Shown: positions 39,984-53,786, counted from the first letter of the whole stretch. The stretch: DNA of 63,710 bases, filler included, from Reticulomyxa filosa (GCA_000512085.1; 17 parts of 17 records of this genome joined end to end with filler, not necessarily neighbours in it); one strand, 5' to 3'. Program-made: numbers and translations. Notes: a model not told the origin generated them from the sequence alone.

Positions 39984-41889
39984 AGTGTGGAATAAGAGAA
40001 ATACCACAAAGTAATAATGTACCCAAGATTATGAAAACGGCAGAATTTTGAAAAAGGGTTTCCTTGCTTTCTGTGTATAACGATGTCTTTTGAATATTAG
40101 GGTGCGATTTTTCTGTATTTTAAAAATAACTTGAATTTTATGTATAGTGTTCAAAAGAAGTGAGTGAAAGGGTATATAACACAAATTTCAAAAAACCAAA
40201 ATCATCAAAAAATATATAGTTTCCTTTCAGCTTTTTTTTTATTATTTCTTATTTTTTGTTTAAATCGTATGCTATTTTTTAGCGCTGTCGAAGTAGATGC
40301 AATATAATTAAATACATTTGACACAAATAGTCCAAGTACACCCATGAAGAATTGTTTAAATAATTTTCTAGAAAATTGCAGGAAAGAGAAAACTGCTCAC
40401 ACTGACAACAAACTACTGTGACTTCAAACTTATCAAACATCACCATATTGTATAATTCCCATTTAAAGTCACTCCATTACGAAGCCAGTATCTTCGTATG
40501 TTGCAATTGATGTTGATAGTGGATCCATGTTCTATCTTTTTTTTAACTCAAAAAGGGCATTACTTGCATTTGAGGGAAAACGTTTGAAAGTTTTGAAGAA
40601 AAAGACAGAACGCTTTAAAGTTAAAGAAAACAACAAAAAGAATATAACAGCTCGTTTTGTTAAATTTCATGAGTTTGACAAGTAAAAAATTTGAACATTT
40701 TTTCAAAGTTTTGAAGTAACAATGAAGATTGTGCAATATTTTGATAATTCAAGATATCTCCTTTGCGAAAAAGTTCTTACAATGAGATAACAGAGATTCT
40801 TTTAAAAGACAATGTAATTGTTTGAATTGAAAGAGTAAAAAAAAAGCAACTTATTCTGTAGACAAAAAAAAGTTGAATTGAGCGCTTTATTCCCTTTTTT
40901 CGAAGCCGTTCGTCGTTGTTCGTGTCCAGCGTTGGTGGTGACAAGATTAATATTGATATCTGCGCCATCCGCGTTCGAAAAAAGTTAAGCAAGCACATTT
41001 TTTTTGCTTTTGACATTTGGAAGTTTGGAGTTGAAACACTACTACAGATAAAAGTATTCGTCGAAGGCCCGCTTTAGAGGAGCCGTAGTCGAGTTGTGGA
41101 GTCGTTATTGTGGATTAATTGATATCGAGATTATAAGTTCCGGTTCATTTGTTGCAGATGGGTATTCATGGTGTTGTATGGTGGCGTATGGTGGACGTTG
41201 GTGGTGGCTCCGGTAAAAAAAGGAGCCAAGTCAGACGCTAGCGCAATAAAGCGCTTATTATGACAGCGATGTGTCATCGCGGTAATGCGTGCAACGGGCG
41301 CGTCGGTGAACTGCAGCAACAATGGCCACATGATAGAGTTGCGCGAGGCATCACCGACAATTAAAGTTTGCAGGATCGGTATGGCAGTGTCCATCTGAGG
41401 ATGGGCATCACAATGAAGTCTCTCCCCCTTGGTGTTACCGGCCTGATGGCCGTGTCAACAGAGGGCGAAGGGAGACAGTGTGATAGCAAAGGCGCCCATG
41501 TATTTGGCTGACAGACGATCGTTTTACGACGTCACGCCGTATTTCAAGTTATTTCTGTGCAACCAATGTTTATTTCTGTACATACTGAAGTACTTGTGTA
41601 CTTTGTGCATAGGCTGTTGGATCGATTGGCCGTGAGAATTGATGGAGATTAAATGGATTGCTCCGGCATCTTATTATTATTAGTTGTTTTTTTTTNNNNN
41701 NNNNNNNNNNNNNNNNNNNNNNNNNNNNNNNNNNNNNNNTTAATTAATTAANNNNNNNNNNNNNNNNNNNNNNNNNNNNNNNNNNNNNNNNNNNNAACAT
41801 AAGTATGTCAAATAGCTCGATGATGAAGTATTATTTTTTTTTTTTTATATTAATGCAGCAGTATCAGGCAAACACATCATTTGTCACGT

Positions 41890-42110
41890 GTCAGATAGCG
41901 AATTCAAGACGAAAGAAGTGTTGTGAAAGGAATTTGTCCTGAAGAAGATATTGCTGATATTCAATCAGAATTGGAGAATGAAGGTCATGAGATTAGAACA
42001 GATTGAACATGCAATGCACCAATGTGGAAATTATTGAAAGACCTAAGTCCAAGTCTTTCTACAAGATTACCTTCAATGATGCAATTGGAGCTAGTATTCG
42101 AAGACTGCTT
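41890..42110 (+). mobile_element. Possible remnant of a non-LTR retrotransposon ORF1 (gag-like)
   Basis: RSVVKGICPEEDIADIQSELENEGHEI resembles the VVIKGL...EEIKEEL...G pattern of LINE ORF1 proteins. Interrupted by stops. Confidence 0.3.
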
Positions 42111-43139
42111 CATTCAAGCGATATTAGAGTATGAACGACACAAGAACATTGAATACACTTATTTTTGTTTTTTGTAATATTGTTTTTTGTTTACTTTTTG
42201 TATTGCAGTGTGTATTTAGTACTGCACTCATTTTTGGGTGAAGTGCTTGTTCACATTGTTTTTCTTTATGAATTTAACAGCAACATTCTATCTCCATAAA
42301 ATAAAATAAATTAAAAAAAGTATATGGACTTTCATCTTCACGAGATGATACTCCATTTTGGATTAAAGGACTAGCAACTACTCCCCAATGGAATAGATGC
42401 TGGAGCAAAATTTTAATTTGTCTTTCCGTTTTGTTTGACAAGTTGTAATTATTTTGTTTTTTTCTTAATATTTGTGCTATGACATATTTTGGTCCATGGA
42501 CTTGAACTGACGTTTGTTGCACTTTGGGTTTATGACAAGGGCCAAAATCAGTGATTATTGAAAGATGAGTAATGAGTACTCTGACACCTTCACGCCCTCA
42601 CTGTGCAAAAGCCTTTAAAAAAATAAGCAGACGACAACCCCCGAAAATGAATTGCAACGAAAAACGTTGCTAAAAACAATAACAAAAGGTAAGAAGTCAC
42701 ACTCCACTATAAAAAATTTTATATCAATATTAAAAAAACTTTTTTGGCCTTGGATTCGCTCTGAGTTCCACGGAGGTGATGCAAAGTCCCTTTGTGACTT
42801 TGCTCAGACTCTTCGAGACAACAGCAAGTGGCGACGTCAGATGCTTTGAAGATTGAACATCAATCGAATTACAAAAATATAAATCCAAGCACTCTCAGTT
42901 ATTCCACTTACAAAATTAAACAAAACTGTTGCACTAAAAAAAAACAAATTATTGAAGCATTTTTGGTCTTTGTTGGGTCTTAGGGGGCCTTGTCGTTCCA
43001 CTCAAGCCGAATACTCCTCGNNNNNNNNNNNNNNNNNNNNNNNNNNNNNNNNNNNNNNNNNNNNTTAATTAATTAANNNNNNNNNNNNNNNNNNNNNNNN
43101 NNNNNNNNNNNNNNNNNNNNGTAAAATTGGTAGGAAATG

Positions 43140-43461
43140 ATTGGGTTCATTGATTCGAATGCATCTGAAAGAAGATTGAAGTTAAAAGAACATTGCTTAT
43201 TTTTGTGTTTCTTTCTAAACAATTTGAATTAATGTATTGTTTTTACAAGGACTAGAATACGCTAAGTCCACAGTCAGTGCGAATGATGGAGCCTCAAATG
43301 AAGAAAAAGAAAAAGGCAAGCATAAAAATGTTGAAGCAAGTATTACCTTTCCTGATGAGCAAATCCAACATCGAATAAACTCAAACAAAAATGCAGAAGA
43401 AATAATTTCTGCGAAAACAGATTATTTTGCAAGAACAGCATCATCAAACAATGCGAAATGA
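43140..43461 (+). pseudogene. Degenerate paralogue of 28020-28250
   Basis: Nucleotide similarity including an intron-like segment. Peptide ANDGASNEEKEKGKHKNVEAS versus VDDGTANEEEEGGAQKCRSK. Confidence 0.55.
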
Positions 43462-45423
43462 ATCAACAATCAAAAAGAGAAATCGAACCACTCGTTGGAT
43501 ATCAAAAGACTTTGAAAATATAAATATTGAATTATTGACTCTAATAAATGTCAAAACAGAAACGAACTCCAATCTTTTTTGAAGAAATATTGTCAATGAC
43601 AGAAATATTTGGCAATCTCCGCATTACAACAAAAGGTCATGGGCAAGCAACACTATTTTGACAATTGCACAAACTTTGTGAGATTTAATATGACTAAAGA
43701 ATCTACAAATCATTACAAGAAAGTATTGCATTCCGGTATCTTTATATACATCAGGTGAAAAAAGCAATGTTCAATTATTTATATCAACTGTAAATATTGA
43801 ACAATGCTTCACATCAATTGCTGGTTAATGTCAGCATTCGTTTTTTTCAAAGTGTTGGGATTTGATGTTAAGTAATGTGTGTCATATATACTCTTTATTT
43901 CTTTTTTTCTATATGCTATGCCGATATCACATTGATTAATACAAAACAAAATAGCTGAAGAAATACATAAATCTTATTTCTTTTCCGGCACAAGGTTATT
44001 GCTGACATAAGTAGAATAATATGCAAATATGGGCACAGATGATGACGCAAAACATGTTCATTGCTATGACCCTATCGGCACATATTTCATCTTCAATTCG
44101 ACTCTGAAACGGAATAACTAAATGGCAAATAAAGGGCGTGAAAAATTGATTAAACTTTAGGATATGAGAGTTAAACTACATGAATGATGACGAGAACATA
44201 TCTTCAAAAGGATGTTTCGATATTTTAGTGTGGCAGAATAATTGGCTCAACTTGTTTCAATATGTGAGTCTCAAAAGAAAAGATGGGAAAACAGCAACAG
44301 AACACAAGTTTCCTCATACAAAAAGAGACGTAAATGGATCACCACAAACAAATTTGACAAAAAAAAATACGATTACTATTGTTTAAATTTCGAATATTTT
44401 GTTATTTGAAATATGCATTGGATTAAAACGAGAAGAGGCAAGTCAGATGCGATTAACAAGAGTACAACATTCAAACAAATATATGGACTTAAAGGTGCTC
44501 GAGAAAAAATTCAGACATTTCTTTGTCTCTTTTCTTATTGTTATCTTCCCTTTGTCTATGTACAATACATAAAGTAATATTTACTGGTCCTTAGCTGTTT
44601 GATCAATGATTTTGACTCCTAGTTTTTTTCTTCTTTCTATTCAATTGTAGGAGCTCAAACATGACAGTTGTAATGTATGGATTGTGTGTGCAAATTGTGG
44701 TTGTGCGATTTTTCACAAATTGTTTGTCAACACTCAAATCTTTCGAAAATACACAAAAATCTGTTTTCAGTATGCTGCTATCTTTACTTTCAGTGATGAA
44801 ACTATTTTGATTAGGTAATTCGGTCTAATATGGCTCAACACTGAGATTGTATAGATTATTATATTGTAGTTTTTCATTTCTTAATTTTGATTGATATGTG
44901 GCAATTTTAACTTTTCAGATGTATAATTGAATTATATTCAAAAACATTGATTTATCAAAATTAAACAAATAAAAATTATATCTTTTATTAAATGACGTAA
45001 ATACGTTCATTCTCTTTCGAGATAAAAATAGTTTGGAACAAATTGACTAGTATTTATTTTATTCCTTTTTCTTTGTACGTAGTAATATTAAGAAAGGGAA
45101 GGAATCGCTTGAAAATAAAACATATCAGCATCAAAATAGTATTGAATCCATTCATGATCAATCTCTTTAACACTTTGAATAAATTTGGGAAAGTTAGATT
45201 GATAAAACTGATGGAATTGGATTCGTTCAGTTGAATTAAGGTACAATTGAAAATAGGCTTGATTGGTTGATTCGTCACGACGATAAAATGCTCCATTTTG
45301 AATGGCATAAATCTTTGCTTTTGNNNNNNNNNNNNNNNNNNNNNNNNNNNNNNNNNNNNNNNNNNNNTTAATTAATTAANNNNNNNNNNNNNNNNNNNNN
45401 NNNNNNNNNNNNNNNNNNNNNNN

Positions 45424-46595
45424 TGATTTCTTCTTTGTCACTACCACTCGCATCAGCGGCGGCAGCAGCATCAGCATCGTGTCCATTGGCAACAGAAGAC
45501 ACGATCGACGGTGTACGTCCGTCCTCGCCGAAATCCATTCGGGTCGATCGTGGCGTCCGCGGACTCGATTCCACGCTCATCGCGGCCTCCAAGTCTTCAA
45601 TCGTGTATCTAGGCCTGGTGTTGTCCATGCTGTCCTCACCATCGTCGTCATTCGCATTGTCTACTCCGTCGTCTCGCGAATTTTTGTGCTCGTGCTTTTT
45701 TTTCTTTTTACGTTTGTCTTTATCTTTATCTTTATCTTTATCTTTGTCTTTGTTCACTCTTTCGTGTGTATTGATATCGTCTTCTTGCTTATCCTTCTCG
45801 TCATTGTCGATCTCACTCTTGCCATTGGTGTTCCCATTCTCATTTCCATGTTCATACTCTTTGTCTTTTTCATCTTCGGATTGTCCTTTGTCTTGGCTTT
45901 TTCTTTGTTTATTTAGTTTTTCTTTTTCTTTTTCTTTTTCTTTTTCTTCCTCTTCTTGCTCTCCTTCTCCTTCTTGTCTTTGTTCCCCATCGTCATCATT
46001 CTCCACTTTTTCTTCCTCTTCGTTACCGTCTTCTCCACTCTTTATGTCTCCCTTGTCACTTGTCTTGTGATGCTTTCCGTTGGTCACAGGAGAACTCACG
46101 CTTACGTTTTTGTCATTCGATGTCTTTTTGCCCTTGTGCTTTTTACCCTTTTCCCCATCCTTGTCTTTGTTGCCGTTCATCTGCGCTGGCTCGACGTCGT
46201 TCTCGTCCGGGTCTTCCTCCTCCGCTTCGTTTGGTTTCTCGTTGCCATTCGATGACGGCTTGTGCTTATTTTTCTCACCGTTCATCGTTTCGTCTGATTT
46301 CGCCGTTTGTGTTTCTTTTTCGGCTTCTAAATTTTCATTTCATTTTATTTTATTTTTGTCAGTGTGTTTTTGAAAAGGTTTAAAAAAAAGTTGATTTTTT
46401 TTCCATTTGCCTATTGTATCCATATATGTATTGCTTTTTTATACAAATATAAATTGCATTACTTATTCACTAACCAAGCTTTTTTGGAGGAACGAACAAT
46501 CCATGTTGTGGAGGGCAGGTAAAATAAAATTTGTTTTTTAATGTTCCGTCATTGTCTCCATTTTGTTCGTCAAGTTCAACTCCGTACCAAACACC
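45424..46595 (-). CDS. CAP-Gly domain protein with long charged low-complexity region, partial
   Basis: Exon 46595-46475, absent from the ORF track, reads GVWYGVELDEQNGDNDGTLKNKFYFTCPPQHGLFVPPKKL. It splices in phase (GT-AG) to the K/E/D-rich exon starting at 46326. Confidence 0.88.
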
Positions 46596-46835
46596 CTTTT
46601 TTTTTTTTTTTTTTTTTCAATGTAATCCAACACGTTTGAATATTTTGTAATTTTGTAACATTAGCAAAGCAAACATAGATACTTGTTTTTTTNNNNNNNN
46701 NNNNNNNNNNNNNNNNNNNNNNNNNNNNNNNNNNNNTTAATTAATTAANNNNNNNNNNNNNNNNNNNNNNNNNNNNNNNNNNNNNNNNNNNNTCAAAAGA
46801 TACACCAAAAACACACTTTTGTAGATCTCGGAAAG

Positions 46836-46953
46836 TTAAAAAAAAGCAAAGGAAGATAAAAGCAAAAAGAAAGAGTTAAATTGGGCGGCGCCTAAGGCGC
46901 CGCCTTATTTAACTTTTTCTTTTTCGCTTTTCCCTTCCTTTGCTTTTTTTTAA
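46836..46953. repeat. About 118-bp imperfect palindrome with GC-rich core GGCGGCGCC-TAA-GGCGCCGCC
   Basis: Arms 46836-46892 and 46896-46953 are near reverse complements. Confidence 0.9.
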
Positions 46954-49002
46954 AATTTGTTTTTATGCACGTTTCTCTGATAAACGCAAGAGAAAGATGG
47001 ACAGCTTCAATGCATTAATTGCACATCGTAAGATGCGCAAATATAATTTTAAATGTGTTTGTGCTTCGCAATGTTATCTCTCAATTTAAAAGTAGAAAAC
47101 GTGTATGTGTTGTTTTGCAATCTGATTCTCCATTATGTTAACTATACACTCGTGTTCGTACCAGACGTGAAAAGTAGTCAACATGCGCTGCTGATACGGA
47201 CAAATTGCAAGTTTATTTTCTACAAAGATTTTATTTTAAAAGCGTTAAAATAGTATTGCATTATTTTTTGAATAATGAACAACTTGTATGTAAACAACAA
47301 GTGAACAATGTCACCGAGAATAATTTTGTTTGTCAGACGAAGCAAATTTCGACTTACAAGCTCCATCAGTTCATATGAGGGAAAAAGATTTAATGAATTC
47401 ATTTGCAACGGTTTGTTAAAATATTCGAAAAATGATAAGTTGTTTCAGACATGTGGAATTTATTTGACTGAATTGCTGAGAGACAAAGGCTATTCTGATT
47501 TTTATTGCGGAAAACACATTGCCAAGAATTCTTTGCTTTTTTTAAAATATAAACGTAAATATCATTATAACGTCTTTAATAAATAATTGAATAAGCGTAT
47601 TTAAATACAAAAAAGATTTGAAACAAAAAAAGAAAGTTGAAAAAACAGCAATATTACAGCTATATATTAGCCAATTTTATCTTAAAATACATACGAAAGC
47701 ACTAAAATTATTCAAATTACTACAACGAGCTAAACACTATATACATTAAATTATAATTATTATCAATAAATTTGACTTTATACCATCTTTATTTTTTAAA
47801 TACAGCCATTTATTCTTATCACTATTTGCATTTCAATTGCAATTTTCATCACTATTACCCAAATACTTGAATAAGACATAACAAATACAAAATTTTCATT
47901 ATATATCAATTATATATTTATATGTAAGAATAAAATATGTACAATAGATGAAACTTGAAAAAGAACTGTAGTTGGACGTATCGATACAATGTGACAAATA
48001 ATAGTATGAAATTGGAAGCAAAGCAAGATTGAAACATATCCCAATGATTTGATACCACAATTGCATATTGTGAATTCTCGCTACGGCAATAGCTCGTATG
48101 TGATTAAAAACAATGGATTTGAGGTCCATGTGTCCGAATGGTAAAACAATTTGCATGTTGCTACTTCTCTTCAACAACGACTTGAATGTGACATAAAGAG
48201 ATCCAACAGTATGTCTGTTTGAAGTCTGTCAAAAATGTCATACCTTTGATTCTTGTTCCTATTTCTAATAGTGATATCGCTGTTGTGACGATTGGAAATC
48301 AAAGTATTCGCGATAATAATGATAGTATAGAAAGCACATGTCAGTACAATTTGCAAGCGTCTATTGATGAGGAATCACAGTGGATAAATGGAAACATAAC
48401 AACTTCTTTTTTTATCATCCTTGTTGAAGCTGTTTTCGCCTGTATTGTTGTGATAATGTTGTTTTTTATCTTTGCAAATTCCGAGGCGCTGGCTCAGACA
48501 ATAAAAATGTTTGGAGATTGCCTGCCTTCAGAATTGTACGAAACAGAATAGAAGAAGTAGAGCCTCTATTACTGGTTTGATGTGGTGTTTCTTCTATCAC
48601 TCTCTAGTTACTCATGTTTTTTTTTTATCAATTGCAAAAATCCAATGGATGGTCTTTCTTTTTTTTTTGTGACAGTGTAAAGATCAAACAACTCACTAAA
48701 ACCAGTCTTGAAAATAAAGGTATTTTTGTATAAAATACTAACAATTTCATTATTTAAATGATAACATTAAAATTTGTTTGAAATAGTTATATATCTTGAA
48801 TTTTATCAAAATAGAAAATACAACAAACGTTAAAAGCTAAATAAATGTAGATTGTGTGTTGTATCATACCATGAAGATAATATAATATTTATTTTTTTCC
48901 AACCAACATTTGGCAAAAAAAATTTATTAATACACTATAATATTCCTACAAAACTTCAAGATCTTAAAAATAAAGATGAAGAATGTTTAGAAAGATTACT
49001 TT

Positions 49003-49275
49003 ATGATGATTCCATTTTTATTTAAAACAATATTGCAAATTTGTATTAATACATTTGGACTTAATCATCCTTATATTGTCATTGCTTATCGAATGCTTGG
49101 ATTGACATATGATGATAAAGGACAATATGACATTGCAATTGAGTTTTATGAAAAGGCATTAAAAATTATGGTAGATATTTTTGGTATCAATTATGTTAGT
49201 TGCTCAATTATATCACAACTTAGGAACATCTTATAACAATAAACGACAATATGAAAAAGCAATTAAACATTGTAT
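49003..49275 (+). pseudogene. TPR-repeat (kinesin-light-chain-like) remnant
   Basis: FGLNHPYIVIAYRMLGLTYDDKGQYDIAIEFYEKALKI, then after a frameshift YHNLGTSYNNKRQYEKAI. Confidence 0.75.
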
Positions 49276-49562
49276 GATCAGTCTTGTCTTATTGGAACTC
49301 ATTTGAATAAAAAATAGATTATTACATATTGTTGTACTCTTGAATAGACTTATGATTAGTATGAACAGCTTGTTTGACATTTTACACTTTTTTACGTGAA
49401 ACACTACGTTCTAGTGTCTGGCTCCTTTAACAAGAAGTACCTTTTTGTTAAAAATTAAAGTTCAAGCAAATAATTTGGACAATTTTCATCAAAATATAAT
49501 TTGAGAATTGCTCCAAGCGGATCAATATAGAAAGAAGTAAAAATAAAAAGTCAATATAGTCA

Positions 49563-51394
49563 TCACTGACCAAATTGATAGACCAAAACCGTCGCACCAG
49601 GATCAGAGCGGGGTGGGTTTTGCACTCTACGAACATCTGCATCATTGCACTGAAACCACATTCCGTTGTGCATATTTTTGACAAAAGCGTAATAATGTCC
49701 ATGTTTATTGGTGTTTCCAACGTGAATGCATACACCTGTCAATGAATATTGCTTCTTCACTAATTTAAAACATTCCAGATAATCAATTGGAGTAGGCTTG
49801 TAGCCAAAAATCGGATGGACACGATCTATTTTCACAACTAATACTTGTGGTGCCACAAGAATTTTTTTTTTTTGTGCGATAATCCGATTGTTTCTCGAAT
49901 TGTGAGAACAATTACATTTCAAAAATGATTGACTTCCATCCACTAAAGTTTCTGACAACATCTCCATAAGGCTCTCTTTTATGCTCTTGAACTCGATCAC
50001 TCCAAACTTGTCCTTTGAAGTCAATGCTTGCGGCTGGCAATGCGTTACGTTTTGTAATGCCTACAAAAATTTTTAAAAAATCCAAACCCGATTGATAAAG
50101 AGAAAAACGAGAAAAAATGGAGGATACCTGAAGGATCTCTCTTAAAACACTGCGTTGACCATAGACTTCTAAATCTTCCCTTTCATAAGACCTCTGTCGT
50201 TGTCCTTCCTCCATTAATGTGGAGCCTTCAGAGTTGGATGCATTTCCAGACTCCCAACAAAATAGATTTATAAAAGAGTTTTTTAGTGCTGAAGCTACAC
50301 CCGATATCCAATTCCAGGCCCGGAGACACAGTGAGCAAAATGAACATGTTGAACTGGTCTTGTTTTTTAAAAGTGTGCACACCATTATTAATATTAAAAA
50401 CTTTAAAAAATACATATTCACCTGGCGAGGATTTTGAAACCGATACTGAGAAAAGACAATTGTTAAAGATAACGGCCGGTTAAAACGAACTGGCTGGTTC
50501 TTTTCGACGTCGATATAGTTGTCTCCATAGAAAAGTGCACTATGTGGAATGATTTTGAGACTTGTTAAATTTTTCACAATATTTGCGCTTTTGTGCCGGC
50601 TCTTTGTAGACGCCTTGCAAAAATTGATGAGACAGTACTTATTATCTCTTGAGTATTGTAACACTGGAATAATTTCAAATTGGTCCGTCTTTTCTTCTCT
50701 GAAATAGCTTGAGCATTGTTGTATGTCTACTACTTGACCTGCACAAAAAAAGCCGTGTTCCTTACCAATAAAACTGCTTACATCTTCCTGATCATTGGCA
50801 ACGGTTACTAACTCACTCAAATTCTTACCTCTTACATTCACATATCCGAGGCACAAATTGTTCTCTTCTATTTCTTTCTTTAGCTGATGCTTTAGCACAC
50901 ATATTTTCGCAGATGCTTGCACTTCCACCTCGAACGGAAAATAGGTATCTTTAAGGTCATTGAATACGTACACTGTAATCGTTACTTTGGAGCTGGTCGC
51001 AGATAATATTAGATTGCGAAAAGACTGATAATGCTGGCCGGTAGTGTCACAAGAAAGACAGTGTTCCTATGGGTTTCAGCAACAATTACATGCAGAGAGA
51101 GAAAGGAAAAAAAGACCACCTTTTTAACCCAAAAAAAAAAAAAAAAAAAACAGCACTCCAAACTTCTTCAAGAGTTAGTCCATCAAAGATAGATACAACC
51201 TCTGATCTTTTGCATATCTGTGCAAACTTGTCTTCAGCTATAGTTTTACTTTGTTCGTCGCTCGGACCTTCGATTCTGTGTTCAAGACAACTAGCATTTT
51301 TTTCTAAGGCTCCTACCAAAGTACAGAGAGCAGCATAAGCATCTCCTTCCGCTCCTTGCAAAAATCTGTTATATATTTTGTGCAATTTTTTCCA

Positions 51395-51397
<3 letters not shown>
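49563..51397 (-). CDS. Ubiquitin-specific protease (peptidase C19), C-terminal part with large insertion
   Basis: His box YSLTGVCIHVGNTNKHGHYYAFVK...WFQCNDADV...ATVLVY and APQVLVVKIDR. Upstream EGDAYAAL...SEVVSIFDG resembles the QQD and S.I..LF.G boxes. The Cys box lies beyond the contig end. May contain frameshifts. Confidence 0.8.
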
Positions 51398-51438
<41 letters not shown>

Positions 51439-52549
51439 NNNNNNNNNNNNNNNNNNNNNNNNNNNNNNNNNNNNNNNNNNNNTTAATTAATTAANNNNNN
51501 NNNNNNNNNNNNNNNNNNNNNNNNNNNNNNNNNNNNNNTTGCATTTGCATTTGCATTTGCATTTGTATTTGTATTGTCCGCGTTATTGATCGTCTCGGTA
51601 ACTGATACATTTTTCTCAAAGGGGTCTTTGCTTCTGCTGGCGACATTGAAGCGGTTTGAAAGTTGTTGATCAATGCTTCCAGATCATGATAAAAATTTCC
51701 ATACATTTTCTTTTACAAAAATTTTAGCTAGTAACAATGCGGTCCAAATCAAAATCATCTTTCCTTTGTTTCATCAGATAGTCAATAGTGTTTGTTGAGT
51801 CTGGTTTCGAATTTGCATTTTGTGTGATTTGTTTGAGCAGCCATTCCATCACTTCGAGCTAGTGCGAAGCAATCCCATAATGAATCATTGTTTCATTCGC
51901 GGAGTTCGAAATAACTCACACTTTCAAAATCTCCATTTCTGACCAGCTCCAATGCAATCATTTTCTCGAATAAATCTTCAACCACTTATCGACTCAGTGA
52001 TGCTCGCTTTTGATTCTTTGTTGAATCTCCGATAGCCATTGATTTAGTGATGATTACTGCGCTGCTGAAGGAACTAGGGACTTTTCTTGTTCAATGTGAA
52101 CCTCTTTTCTTTGAGAGAAATGTTGGAAAGTTCAACCCGCTCGAACTTGCTGTTCATTGCTTTTACACGCTTTGGTGCACCTTCGCCAAAAATCAGAATA
52201 ATGCAAGTAACGCTTTATTAGGCTCTGCAGACTGGTTAGCACACATTCATACAATACTATATTGTTGTCAAAGTAAATCGAAAGATGGTTGGATATTTTT
52301 ATTTCAAAGAGTGTCAAAAATTCTTACTTGATATTTTTCCCACCCTCTTGACAAAGGTGCAACTTGAAAAAGTCGGGTAAGAATATTTTTACAACAATAT
52401 TCATTATTTCTTATATCAGAATCGTTTTATTTGAAGTTGCTGCAGAAAACATAATAATAAAGTTTTGTTTAAAAAAAAAAATTTAAAATTTAAAACAAAA
52501 TTCCCTTTACACGCAACACAAAAAGATTTCCATGTTGTTCAGTGCATAT

Positions 52550-52904
52550 ACATAAAAAAAAATCAACTTTCATTACAGCATCAAAAAATACTTAAAAACA
52601 ATTCTTTTTTGCTCATCAGAGTAAGGCTTCGTCGTCATATTGGCTCAGCAGTAAGTACTATCATCATATGGAGAAAAAAAAACAAAAAACAATTACTTAA
52701 CATATCAAGTCGCACCATTTCATGCCCTTGCCTATTTGTAAAAAAAAAAACTAACTTTCATTATAACATCAAAAAACATTTTAAACAATTATTTTTTGCT
52801 CCTCAGAGGTAAGGCTTTGTCGTCATATTGACTCATCAGTAAGTATTGTACATCATATGAAGAAAAAAGCAAAAAAAAAACATTACTTAACACTCAAGTT
52901 GCGC
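52550..52904 (+). repeat. Diverged tandem duplication, period about 187 bp (2 copies)
   Basis: aactttcatta...gctc.tcaga.gtaaggctt.gtcgtcatattg.ctca.cagtaagta...ttacttaaca occurs at about 52560-52713 and about 52750-52904. Confidence 0.85.
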
Positions 52905-53786
52905 TCAAACATAGCATGATAAAACCCTTTCGGGTTTAAAAATTATTTCACCTTATCGCAAAAACGCCTGTTCAAAAAAAAAAATATTATTATTATCATT
53001 ATTAGAATAAAGAAAAACAAAAAAACAAGTCAAATTACCTTCGCAATATTGTTCTTGTTTTCCTCCTTGGAAACACAAATTATTTGCGTTACAAGAACAA
53101 TTATAAAAAAAACAAAAAAGTGACAAGCGTAAACTAAGAAAAACTCGTCTGACGACCTTGTAAAAAGGGTGTCACACACAATTTTGAAGTAAAAAATATT
53201 TGAATAAACTATTAATCTGATTTACCTGATTGCATTATTTTAAAAAATAATGTAAAAATTTAAAAACTACATTGTTTAGGTTTGATATTTGATTTTTTTT
53301 TTTGTTTATAATCGTTTTTTAACCTTTCAGGACTGAGAGCTGAAATTACTTTTAAGAAAACTTTCAATTTAAAACAGCCGTAGTTTTGTTAAACTAAAGA
53401 AAGTAAATGAAGTTGCATAAAAAGATTTTAAGCCAATTATGATCACATTCTGATTTATCTATATATGTGAATGTTTCTCTACACAATGAAGTTGTGATTA
53501 CTTTTTTGCCAAATTTTTAATCTCTTAGATTAGAAATATTTTTGCTTGAAACAAAGTCACAAACAATTAAAACTGACAAATTTCCATTTCTGCATTTTCA
53601 ACAACAACAAATTTTTTGATGATGTCAGTATAATAGCTAGATAATGATTCTCTAAACATAAATGTCGTTATGTTGAGTGATAAACAAGCTTTGAATTTGA
53701 AAAAAGAGAAAATATTACGAAATGATATAAAAATTTTGCTACGTGAAATTATATTGATAGTACCCAAGTGAAAGTTATAATAAGAT

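Noticed and set aside
40900-41670. GC-richer segment upstream of the NLR gene as a partner gene or antitoxin
   Set aside because: Only a short ORF (41131-41394) with no recognisable hydrolase or other motif, surrounded by stops.
31117-41695. Kinase + RecQ + NLR as a defence gene cluster
   Set aside because: They lie on three different contigs separated by spacers.
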